NCBI GenBank assembly: GCA_964596165.1
Contig: CAZQTW010000003.1
Coordinates: 43,216 to 107,215 of the forward strand
DNA length: 64,000 nucleotides
DNA from: an uncultured Planctomycetales bacterium
GTDB lineage: Bacteria; Planctomycetota; Phycisphaerae; UBA1845; JAFGLZ01
Direction: 5' to 3'
Shown piece by piece: positions 47,329-55,327 of this stretch. The notes under the pieces were generated by a model. It saw nothing but the letters and a program-made list of their open reading frames with translations. It did not search any database and was not told where the DNA came from. The translations under genes and the position numbers were made by a program. Each line of letters opens with the position of its first letter. The first letter of the stretch is position 1.

Positions 47329-47521
47329 ATGTGGAGGTTTCGCAGTAGCCAGACTTAACCCGGGTGGGTCCTGAGGAGGCAGTCAACACCACCAAGCGTA
47401 AGGCGTTTTGGACCGCAGACCGTGCTTGATGGTTCCCTCGCTCGAATCCTTTCCTCATGACTCTTCTGAAGGACCCACCCATCCTTTTTCGTCCTGGGAA
47501 TCGCACAGGGGACGGAGCCCG

Positions 47522-47848
47522 ATGCACGTAGATCCTTCGGACAAGCCTATCGTCAAGTGGGCGATCGATCGTGGCCTGGTGTTCAGCTACGAGCGGAATC
47601 ACGGTCTGCCGGGAACGCACCTGAGGCTGCACATGGGCCTTCTCACCGCCTTCTTCAAGCACGGAAAGCTGGCTCACCTGGTGGGTGCCGCGGACGGCCG
47701 GCATCTCGATCAATTCATGTGGGAACTGACCGAACTCTTCGGCATCTGCGCTCAGAATGGCGGTTATCTCAATCAAGATACGGTGCCGTCACACGATCGT
47801 CCGGACAGCGCCCTTGGGGGGAAAAACCCGCCAGCGCGGCTGGTCTGA
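47522..47848 (+). CDS. Hypothetical protein, 108 aa, orphan
   Basis: ATG 47522 is preceded by GGGGACGGAG. Third-codon positions are mostly G/C, like host genes. The sequence MHVDPSDKPIVKWAIDRGLVFSYERNHGLPG...FMWELTELFGICAQNGGYL looks globular. No motif recognised. The antisense ORF 47327..47776 is less protein-like. Confidence 0.45.
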   Translation: MHVDPSDKPIVKWAIDRGLVFSYERNHGLPGTHLRLHMGLLTAFFKHGKLAHLVGAADGRHLDQFMWELTELFGICAQNGGYLNQDTVPSHDRPDSALGGKNPPARLV

Positions 47849-48112
47849 CCTGAGGGTCCGTCGCCCCTCAACTTCCCCTTCAATTACTCACACGATTCGA
47901 GAAACCGCACATGGAGTCCGGCGAGACCGTTGATCAACCCCGATCCCGCGGTTGGTTTCGACCGACTAATCGGTGCCGGCCGCAGCCCTCCAAAGATTTT
48001 CTCCGATGACCAACATACCTCAGGTTGGCCGTCTGGCGGGTGATCAACGCAATGGCTAGTAGCCCGCGCGGTTATCGGAACTTGTCACTTTGAGAAAATC
48101 TGAAGATTTTTC

Positions 48113-48141
48113 TTGCCAGTGGTGGGTGAGAGTGATAGATT
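48113..48141 (+). promoter_or_regulatory. Possible mraZ/dcw promoter
   Basis: TTGCCA-N17-TAGATT lies about 45 nt upstream of the mraZ start. The spacer is GTG-rich (GTGGTGGGTGAGAGTGA), which could relate to MraZ autoregulation. Weak. Confidence 0.25.
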
Positions 48142-48185
48142 ATCCCTAGAAGCCCACGAGAAACCCATGAAGTGGGAGCAGTTCT

Positions 48186-48689
48186 TTGGAATCGACGCTT
48201 CTCACCGGGTCTTACGAGTACACAATCGATGCCAAGAATCGCATGTCTATTCCGTCCCAGATTCGCAACCAGCTTGATATTGAACGGGATGGGGCCCGGT
48301 TTTATCTGGTTCCTGGGTCCAGACCCGGGACGTTGTCCATCTACCCGGAAAAGACGTTTCGTCGTCGACACGAAAGGCGTCCCAGTCCCGAGATCCCACA
48401 CGAAGACTTGCTTACGTACACCCAAGTCTTCTATTCGATGGCGACACTTCTCGAGGTGGACAAACAAGGTCGAGTACTGCTTCCGGAGCGTCACTTGCGA
48501 CTTGCGGGGATCGGTCGCGAGGTATACATCACGGGCGCCGGCGACCACCTGGATCTCTGGAGCAAGGCGGACTACGAGAAATTCGCCGAAGAGAACTGGT
48601 CGCGCTATGCGGAACTTCTCCATCGTGCTCGCAAATATTTCCCCGAGGGCGCAGCGGGCGAGAGGCGTGACGGCGCGAGCGAGTCGTGA
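48186..48689 (+). CDS. mraZ: Transcriptional regulator MraZ
   Basis: The two SpoVT/AbrB-like halves read YEYTIDAKNRMSIPSQIR and LEVDKQGRVLLPERHLRLAGI. It is the first gene of the dcw cluster. The TTG start is preceded by GGGAG with an 8-nt spacer. Confidence 0.85.
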   Translation: MESTLLTGSYEYTIDAKNRMSIPSQIRNQLDIERDGARFYLVPGSRPGTLSIYPEKTFRRRHERRPSPEIPHEDLLTYTQVFYSMATLLEVDKQGRVLLPERHLRLAGIGREVYITGAGDHLDLWSKADYEKFAEENWSRYAELLHRARKYFPEGAAGERRDGASES

Positions 48690-48894
48690 GTTGTCGATGG
48701 GGCAGATTGAAACACGGTAGGTTGTCCGGACTCAATGGACACGCTCGGTCCAAAGCGGGAGTTGAGCGAGGGTACCTGGGAGGCGACACCGTCGGCTCCT
48801 TCCCGACGGTGTTCTTCCCAGGGCAACGCTGAGGTTCGAGGCGTGTGGGTAGCAGGTAGGCAGGGGGCCTGAAAGCAGGGCGAAAGGAATCGCA

Positions 48895-49155
48895 ATGCTG
48901 GCGGCCACACGGAAGGGCACGATGCGGACGCACAAGGCGACCAGCAGCGTGCGCGCGGTCAAGGATGTCCTCCATGCAGTGGAGATGGGGGCGGATGCGG
49001 GTCGAATGGCCCGGTCTTGTGCGTCCCATCTGGAGGTACTGGCTGAGCGAGTACGTCGCCTGAACCGGTTAGGCGGCGTCTTCGCGGGTGTGCGGCTCTC
49101 GCCGTGCGTCGAGGGCTTGCGGGCGGCATCGGAAGCCAGCCGTGTTGTGGACTAA
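48895..49155 (+). CDS. Possible small protein, 86 aa, between mraZ and rsmH
   Basis: AGGAA lies 5 nt before ATG 48895. Third positions are GC-rich and the sequence looks helical. No motif recognised. The stop is embedded in a 10-bp hairpin. It may be non-coding. Confidence 0.3.
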   Translation: MLAATRKGTMRTHKATSSVRAVKDVLHAVEMGADAGRMARSCASHLEVLAERVRRLNRLGGVFAGVRLSPCVEGLRAASEASRVVD

Positions 49156-49253
49156 CCTTGCCAGGGAGGGCATTGGTTAGTCCAGTCCCTGTTCTCCGAT
49201 CCTTCCATTTGCAGGGGTGGCAATCGCCAAGGTCCTGGGGCGGTACCCGCAGG

Positions 49254-50198
49254 GTGGCGGTGAACGAGCACGGTCAGGAACATGTCCCGGTCCTTGTCGA
49301 GCAGGTGCTCGAACTGCTTGATCCGCGCCCCGGCGAGTGTCTCGTGGACTGTACGGTGGGACTTGGGGGGCACAGCCGGGTCTTGGCGGCGCGTCTGGGG
49401 TCCGGGGGCCGTCTGATCGCGCTCGACCTGGACGAACACAATCTGGGGATTGCCCGCCAACGGTTGTCCCATGCCCCGTGCCCATGCGACTTCGTTCACG
49501 GGAACTTCGCCGACCTGGATGACATCCTGAAAGAACTCAATGTCCAAAGAGTTGACCGCCTTCTGGCCGATCTAGGTGTTAGTTCGAACCAGTTGGATGA
49601 CCCCGAGCGAGGGTTCAGCTTTCTCGGTGACGGACCGTTGGACATGCGGATTGACCGGCGGCAGGAGCTGTCGGCCTTGGAGGTGGTCAATCGGCTGACC
49701 GAGCGGGAACTGGCCGACTTGATTTACTTCAACAGTCAGGAACGCTTCAGCCGGCGAATCGCCAAACGGATCTGCATGGCCAGGCACAAGGCGAGGATCC
49801 GTTCGACGCGTCACTTGGCGGAGGTGATTGCCTCGGCCGTGGAGGTCGATCCGTCCTCGCGAAAGAGCAGGATTCATCCCGCGACGAGGACGTTCTTGGC
49901 GTTGCGAATCGCGGTGAACCAGGAGATTCGGAATTTGCGGGCCTTGCTGGGCAAGGCGCCGCGTGTGCTTGCAGCGGGTGGGAGGATCGCGGTCATCAGT
50001 TTCCACAGTCTCGAGGATCGAGAGGTGAAGGTGGATTTTCGCAGTCGAGCTCAGCAAGGGGTCTACACCCTCGTGAACAAGCGACCGCTGATTGCCGGCC
50101 CCCTCGAACGGGACGCGAATCCTCGCTCCCGCAGCGCCAAGCTGCGGGTGGCGGAGAGGACCGCTCAACCCCTGCCGGCCTCAGTGGAGGTGTTGTGA
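49254..50198 (+). CDS. rsmH: 16S rRNA (cytosine1402-N4)-methyltransferase
   Basis: Motifs HVPVLVEQVLELL, DCTVGLGGHS, DLGVSSNQLD and SFHSLEDR are present. No ATG lies near the conserved N-terminus, so the start is probably GTG 49254 or 49260. The track ORF starts at 49104. Confidence 0.9.
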   Translation: MAVNEHGQEHVPVLVEQVLELLDPRPGECLVDCTVGLGGHSRVLAARLGSGGRLIALDLDEHNLGIARQRLSHAPCPCDFVHGNFADLDDILKELNVQRVDRLLADLGVSSNQLDDPERGFSFLGDGPLDMRIDRRQELSALEVVNRLTERELADLIYFNSQERFSRRIAKRICMARHKARIRSTRHLAEVIASAVEVDPSSRKSRIHPATRTFLALRIAVNQEIRNLRALLGKAPRVLAAGGRIAVISFHSLEDREVKVDFRSRAQQGVYTLVNKRPLIAGPLERDANPRSRSAKLRVAERTAQPLPASVEVL

Positions 50199-50267
50199 GG
50201 CCACGGTAGTACCTGAAGCCGGACCGGTCGCGATGGATCGCGTCCGAGGGGCGGCACGGAGGCAGCC

Positions 50268-51434
50268 ATGAAGAATGAGACCGGCACCAGTATCGGGCTG
50301 GCGGTGGTGCTTGCCTTCGCCATCGTATTCGGTTTGATTCTGACGAAGCAGTCGACCTCGTACGATGTCGAGCCCTCATCCAAGCCGTCCGATTCGGAGA
50401 GGATAGCCGGGTCGTCGGAGTCTTCCGCAAAGCCGAACCGCTTCTCGGAACCTGCCGCACGGGAACGCGAAGAGGGCGGATCGTCCCCTGCCTCGGTGGC
50501 CCGGACCTCGGATCCGGCCCCGCGTGCGGTTGCCGAGGCGCCTGCTGCTCCGACGCAGATGCCGTCCGCCGGTTCGTCGCGGACCGCCCCCGCAGCCGGA
50601 CAGAAGCAGCACGAGGCCGAACGTCCGATCGCACCGTCCTCCAAGAACGCCGATACCGGCGCCGTCTCCCCGAGCGCGGCGCCGAAGCTTCAAATCCCCG
50701 CCCCGCTGCCGCCGGCGAAACCCGCGCCCGAGCCCAAACCGGCAAAGCCGGCTCCGGTCGTCCCGTCCGATCCGTCGGAGAACACCGATCGTATCGCCCT
50801 GGGTGAGCCGCTCCAGGAGCCCGCTGTCGCCGTTGCCCGGAGCGAAGACTCGAATCCGGGTGGGGGGTACTACGTCGTTCGTCCGAACGACAATCTCGTG
50901 AAGATCTGCAAAGCGGTTTACGGAACGACGGATCGCCAGACGGTGCGCGCCTTGTTTGAGGCAAACAAGGACACGCTCAAGAGCATGAATTTGGTCAAGG
51001 TCGGACAGCGATTGCGGATCCCGCAGGGGGGCACGGTCTCGCTGCGCGGAGGCAAGACGTCGGGCGTATCGAAACCGTTGGCGAGGGCCCAGTCTCCGCC
51101 GTCGGGTGCCGCAGCGGTCTCCCATGCGGTGTTGGATCGGCGCCGTTCGAGTCGATCCGCCGACGACCGAATGCCCGTGGCGAGGGCCTCGGCTTCGTCG
51201 TCAACCTATCGGTGGTGTCGGGTTCGTCGAAACGAGACCCTCTGCGACATCGCCCAACGGGAGCTGGGTAACAGCCGTCGCTGGCGCGAAATCTGGGAGC
51301 TCAATCGAAGTCGCATTCGAAGGCCGGATCGCCTGGCGATCGGCATGCGTATCAAGTTGCCGCCATCCATGGAGAGAACGGGCACCGTGGCGATGGCGGG
51401 AGGTCAAGATGCCCCGGACTCCAAGAACTCATGA
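50268..51434 (+). CDS. Membrane-anchored Pro/Ala-rich protein with two C-terminal LysM domains
   Basis: It has an N-terminal TM (IGLAVVLAFAIVFGLIL) and a ~170-aa low-complexity P/A/S/E linker. LysM-like domains are YYVVRPNDNLVKICKAVYG...VKVGQRLRIP and YRWCRVRRNETLCDIAQRELG...LAIGMRIKLP. Confidence 0.75.
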   Translation: MKNETGTSIGLAVVLAFAIVFGLILTKQSTSYDVEPSSKPSDSERIAGSSESSAKPNRFSEPAAREREEGGSSPASVARTSDPAPRAVAEAPAAPTQMPSAGSSRTAPAAGQKQHEAERPIAPSSKNADTGAVSPSAAPKLQIPAPLPPAKPAPEPKPAKPAPVVPSDPSENTDRIALGEPLQEPAVAVARSEDSNPGGGYYVVRPNDNLVKICKAVYGTTDRQTVRALFEANKDTLKSMNLVKVGQRLRIPQGGTVSLRGGKTSGVSKPLARAQSPPSGAAAVSHAVLDRRRSSRSADDRMPVARASASSSTYRWCRVRRNETLCDIAQRELGNSRRWREIWELNRSRIRRPDRLAIGMRIKLPPSMERTGTVAMAGGQDAPDSKNS

Positions 51435-51745
51435 CTCTTCCTCGCGCCGTGGGGCTCATTCTGATTCTTGCGTCGGTGGCGACGACCGCTGTCTGGTCGC
51501 GCATTCAGCGCGCCAAGACCGCTCACGAGATCCACCGAATGGCCCGGCAGGAGCTGGAATTGGTTCGGGAGATCGACGAAGTGAATGCCGGGATCGCCCA
51601 ACTGCGAGCCCCCCAGCAAATTCGAGAGCGGGCCATGCAAATGCAGCTCAGTGCGCTGCCGCCTGAGGTGCGGAACGTGCCGCAGCCAAGCGCGCGGGAG
51701 GGCTTGGCGAGCAAGAGCGATTGGGCCTCGAAGCGCAAGCGGTGA
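51431..51745 (+). CDS. ftsL: FtsL-like cell division protein
   Basis: 104 aa, with a single TM (VGLILILASVATTAVW) followed by a coiled coil. It occupies the canonical position just before ftsI. The ATGA start overlaps the upstream stop. The call rests on topology and synteny only. Confidence 0.55.
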   Translation: MTLPRAVGLILILASVATTAVWSRIQRAKTAHEIHRMARQELELVREIDEVNAGIAQLRAPQQIRERAMQMQLSALPPEVRNVPQPSAREGLASKSDWASKRKR

Positions 51746-51750
51746 CCTTC

Positions 51751-53523
51751 ATGCGTGTCTTACGCCGTCCCGTCCTTGTCAACGATCTTACCTGGCTGGT
51801 CCTCGTTGCGCTTGCGGCGCTGGGTGTTCGGCTGGTGCACATCCATCTTCAGCAGCGGGATCGGCTGTTGAGTTGGGCCGACCGTCAGCGTCGTTCGGTC
51901 ATTCCCATTCCGTGTCGCCGGGGGTCCATTACGGATGCCTCGGGGCGCGTCATGGCGACGAGCAGCATGATGCCCAGCATCTTCGCGGATCCCAAACTGA
52001 CCTTCGACCCGAACGTCGTGAAGGACCCCGAACGTTCCATCCGTCACATTGCGGAGAGTCTGGGGCTTGATGCCGGAGTCCTTGCGAAGGACCTTGCCTC
52101 TCGCGCCGACCGTCGGTTCTTCTGGGTCAAGCGGAGGGTCAGCGACGAGGAGGCCGGCAGGATCAAGGCGCTGAATCTGGCGAACGTGGGGGTTCTCTAC
52201 GAGGGTCAACGCCACTATCCGATGAACGAACGATTCGCGCACGGTCTGGGCTTCGTGAATCCGGAAGGGCGGGCGTTGGCCGGTCTGGAGATGAAATACG
52301 ATGCGATCCTCCGCGGCCGAGAAGGTTACCGGACGGTGGTCACCGATGCCCGTCGGCGTCCGATCTTCAGCGACAACGAGTCCTATCGGGCGCCGCTCGA
52401 CGGGTCGCACGTGGTCCTGACCATTGACGCGGCCATTCAGGCCTTTGCCGAGCAGGAGCTGGCGTCGGCCGTTGAGCAGTTTCAGGCGAAGGCGGGCACG
52501 GTGATCGTCATGGCGCCGACGACGGGTGAAATCTTGGCGCTCGCCAATGTTCCGACCTTCAACCTGAATCGCTACGGCGAGTGTCCGGATTCGGCGCGCT
52601 GCAACCTGGCGATTCAGGCGCCGGTGGAACCGGGAAGCACGTTCAAACCCTTTGTGGCGTCGGCAGCGGTGGAAGAGAACGTCACGCGGCCGGGCGATCA
52701 GATTTTCTGCCACAACGGGCTGTACGTTGTCGGAAAGCGACGGCTCCACGACCACCACCCGTACGGGACCCTGACGTTTGAAGAGGTCCTCATCAAGAGC
52801 AGCAACATCGGCATGGCGATTCTGGGTCAGCGGTTGGGCAACAGCCGCATGCACCGGTACCTAAGGGCATTCGGGTTCGGCTCGCCGACGGGGATCGAAC
52901 TACCCGGAGAAGACGCGGGCATTCTGTTGCCGTTGCAGCGGTGGACGAGTTACTCGACGACCTCCGTCCCGATGGGGCAGGAAGTGGCGGTGACTCCGCT
53001 GCAGTTGGCTTGCGGGTTCTCGACGTTGTTGAACGGCGGGGTTCGGCTTCGACCGCGTGTTGTTCGGGGCGTGGTCGGGCCCGACGGGTCCATCGAGCAG
53101 GACTTCTCGGCGCCCGTGGTCGTCGGCAGGGTCGTGAGCGAGTCGGTGGCGAAGAAGATGGGTGAGGACATCCTCGTTCGCGTGGTCACGGAAGGCACCG
53201 GCAAGAAGGCCGCCCTGGCCGGCTACCGGGTGGCGGGCAAGACGGGGACGGCTCAGATGCCCTATCGCGATCGCGGCGGGTACGAACCGGACGCCTACGT
53301 GTCGTCGTTTGTGGGCGCGGCGCCGGCGGACCATGCGCGAGCGCTTGTCTATCTGGCGATTATCCGCCCGAAGAAGAAACTCGGCTACTACGGGGGGACG
53401 GTGGCGGCTCCGGCGGTGCGTGAAATCCTGGCCAAGACATTGGCCTACCTGAACGTGCCGGCGACGGTGGAGCCGGAGGAATCCGTGAGGATGGTCAGCC
53501 AGGTGGCTGACGTTGCCGATTGA
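51751..53523 (+). CDS. ftsI: Peptidoglycan D,D-transpeptidase (class B PBP, FtsI/PBP3-like)
   Basis: An N-terminal TM is present. The motifs are SxxK (GSTFKP), SxN (KSSNIG) and KTG (AGKTGTA). Start set at ATG 51751. Confidence 0.9.
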   Translation: MRVLRRPVLVNDLTWLVLVALAALGVRLVHIHLQQRDRLLSWADRQRRSVIPIPCRRGSITDASGRVMATSSMMPSIFADPKLTFDPNVVKDPERSIRHIAESLGLDAGVLAKDLASRADRRFFWVKRRVSDEEAGRIKALNLANVGVLYEGQRHYPMNERFAHGLGFVNPEGRALAGLEMKYDAILRGREGYRTVVTDARRRPIFSDNESYRAPLDGSHVVLTIDAAIQAFAEQELASAVEQFQAKAGTVIVMAPTTGEILALANVPTFNLNRYGECPDSARCNLAIQAPVEPGSTFKPFVASAAVEENVTRPGDQIFCHNGLYVVGKRRLHDHHPYGTLTFEEVLIKSSNIGMAILGQRLGNSRMHRYLRAFGFGSPTGIELPGEDAGILLPLQRWTSYSTTSVPMGQEVAVTPLQLACGFSTLLNGGVRLRPRVVRGVVGPDGSIEQDFSAPVVVGRVVSESVAKKMGEDILVRVVTEGTGKKAALAGYRVAGKTGTAQMPYRDRGGYEPDAYVSSFVGAAPADHARALVYLAIIRPKKKLGYYGGTVAAPAVREILAKTLAYLNVPATVEPEESVRMVSQVADVAD

Positions 53524-53727
53524 GGAGTGACGACCCGCCGTGAGGCGGGATGTGCATGGGTGTTCCCAGCGTTGCCCGGGGCTGTCGTGCGTGCGGTGCG
53601 CCGATGGCTCCGGGCGGCGGCAAACAATCCGTCGGCCGACCCTGTGTGGGATGGTTCATCGGCGGTCAAATTGATAGACTGGATAGATCGGCGTGTGGGA
53701 GAGGCGTGGGGCGAAGGATCGCCAGGG

Positions 53728-55251
53728 ATGAGCCACGGAGTCGCCGAATCCAACCGACGTTCTCTTTCGTTCCGGGCGTTGATGCGACAATCGCTCGGTG
53801 TCAGCTCACCGTCCGTACCGGACGTCACCGTTTCCGGCGTCAGTGACGATTCTCGGAGCGTCAGGCCGGGGTTCGTCTTCGTGGCGGTGTCCGGGCACGA
53901 TGCCGACGGACACCGATACATTTCGGAAGCGATCTCGCGGGGCGCATCGGTGATTGTTGCTCAACGGTCGATCAACGACGCCGGCGACGTTCCGGTCGTT
54001 GTGGTGCCCGACACCCGAACTGCGGCTGCCCGTCTGGCATCCGGCTTCTTTGGTCTGGATGACCTCATCCACCACGGGCGACTTCGCGTGGTGGCTGTGA
54101 CCGGGACAAACGGGAAGAGCACGTTCTGCTATCTGACTCGGTCGGTTGCTCGGAAGGCGGGGCGTCCGTGCGCGCTCCTGGGGACCATCGAATACGATCT
54201 CATCTCGCGGACGATTCCCGCCACGGTGACGACGCCGGGGCCGGTCGCCCTGGCGAGTCACATTGCCGAGGCCGTCGCGGCGGGCGCTCAGATGGTCGTG
54301 ATGGAGGCCTCCAGTCATTCCCTGGACCAGCACCGGACGGACGGTCTGCATTTCGATGTGGCGGTGTTCACCAATCTGACGGGAGATCACCTGGACTACC
54401 ACGGCAACATGGATCGGTATCTGCTGGCCAAGAAACGGTTGTTCGACGGATTGACGGAAGACGCCACGGCCGTTCTGAACGTCGACGATCCGGCCAGCGA
54501 GCGGATCGCCGAGGATTGCCGTGCGAAGCGGCTGACCTACGGGTTGAATCCGCTGGCGGACGTACGGGCTCGGATTACCGAAATCACATCGGAAGGCAGC
54601 CGATTTGATTTGATTACGCCGATCGGATCCGCGGAGGTGCGTACGCAACTGGTCGGTCGGCACAACGTCGCAAATTGTCTGGCCTCGGCATCCGCGGGCG
54701 TCTCGCTCGGATTGAGCGTGGATGCGATTCGAGAGGGCCTGGAATCCGTGACGGTCATCGCGGGTCGTCTGGAGCGGGTCGTCCGCGACGGAGCGTCGGG
54801 TGATCCGACGGTTCTCGTGGATTATGCGCACACCGACGACGCATTGAAGAACGTGCTGAGCGCCCTGCGACCGCTGACTCGAGGGGAACTGACGGTGATT
54901 TTCGGGTGCGGCGGCGACCGCGATCGGACCAAGCGGCCACGAATGGCTTCGGTGGCGGCGTCATACGCCGACAGGGTGGTGGTGACGTCGGATAATCCTC
55001 GCACGGAGCCGCCGGAGGTCATCATTGAGCAGATCGTTTCGGGATTCGATTCGAGGAGCCTGGAGCGAGTGACCGTCGAAGTCGACCGCAAGACGGCGAT
55101 TGCGCGGACGATCGAGCGGGCCAAGGAGGGCGACGTCGTTCTGATTGCCGGCAAAGGGCACGAAACGTATCAGATTCTGGGTCGAACGCGCGTGCCGTTC
55201 GACGATCGGGCCGTCGCGCTGGCCTGCCTCGAGAGGCGTTCGAGACCCTAG
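53728..55251 (+). CDS. murE: UDP-N-acetylmuramoyl-L-alanyl-D-glutamate--2,6-diaminopimelate ligase
   Basis: VSDDSRSVRPGFVFVAVSG and VTGTNGKST are present. The DNPR motif (VVTSDNPRTE) is associated with meso-DAP specificity. The ORF is open from GTG 53527; ATG 53728 gives a typical length. Confidence 0.92.
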   Translation: MSHGVAESNRRSLSFRALMRQSLGVSSPSVPDVTVSGVSDDSRSVRPGFVFVAVSGHDADGHRYISEAISRGASVIVAQRSINDAGDVPVVVVPDTRTAAARLASGFFGLDDLIHHGRLRVVAVTGTNGKSTFCYLTRSVARKAGRPCALLGTIEYDLISRTIPATVTTPGPVALASHIAEAVAAGAQMVVMEASSHSLDQHRTDGLHFDVAVFTNLTGDHLDYHGNMDRYLLAKKRLFDGLTEDATAVLNVDDPASERIAEDCRAKRLTYGLNPLADVRARITEITSEGSRFDLITPIGSAEVRTQLVGRHNVANCLASASAGVSLGLSVDAIREGLESVTVIAGRLERVVRDGASGDPTVLVDYAHTDDALKNVLSALRPLTRGELTVIFGCGGDRDRTKRPRMASVAASYADRVVVTSDNPRTEPPEVIIEQIVSGFDSRSLERVTVEVDRKTAIARTIERAKEGDVVLIAGKGHETYQILGRTRVPFDDRAVALACLERRSRP

Positions 55252-55327
55252 CCGGTCGCGTCGCCGTTTCCGATCGTCGGTCGGGGTCGGTCACGAGGCG
55301 CTTGGACATGAGAGAGTCCTGGGGGAT

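Noticed and set aside
46722-47330. Possible RNase P RNA. GGGTGAAATGAAGTGCGGTAGG and AGCAAACGCAAAACGAGG loosely recall the RNase P GGGUGAAAGGGUGCGGUAAGAGC and AGCAAGGCCAAAUAGGGG segments.
   Set aside because: The universally conserved P4 elements (GAGGAAAGUCCGGGC near the 5' side and ACAGAACCCGGCUUA near the 3' side) are absent. No complementary P4 strands can be found, and at about 600 nt the length is too great. No tmRNA features were seen either: no GGGG...CCA acceptor ends, no T-arm and no plausible tag ORF.
47327-47776. 149-aa minus-strand ORF
   Set aside because: It overlaps the plus-strand ORF 47522..47848, which has an SD and a more globular, protein-like sequence. The N-terminal part of the minus ORF would also run through the terminator hairpin region. 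Neither ORF is proven.
48119-48177. MraZ operator boxes: GTG/GTGGG motifs at 48119-48134 and GTGGGAG at 48172
   Set aside because: The motifs are not arranged as the regularly spaced direct repeats described for MraZ operators. GTGGG-like pentamers are frequent in GC-rich DNA. I mention this only in the promoter evidence.
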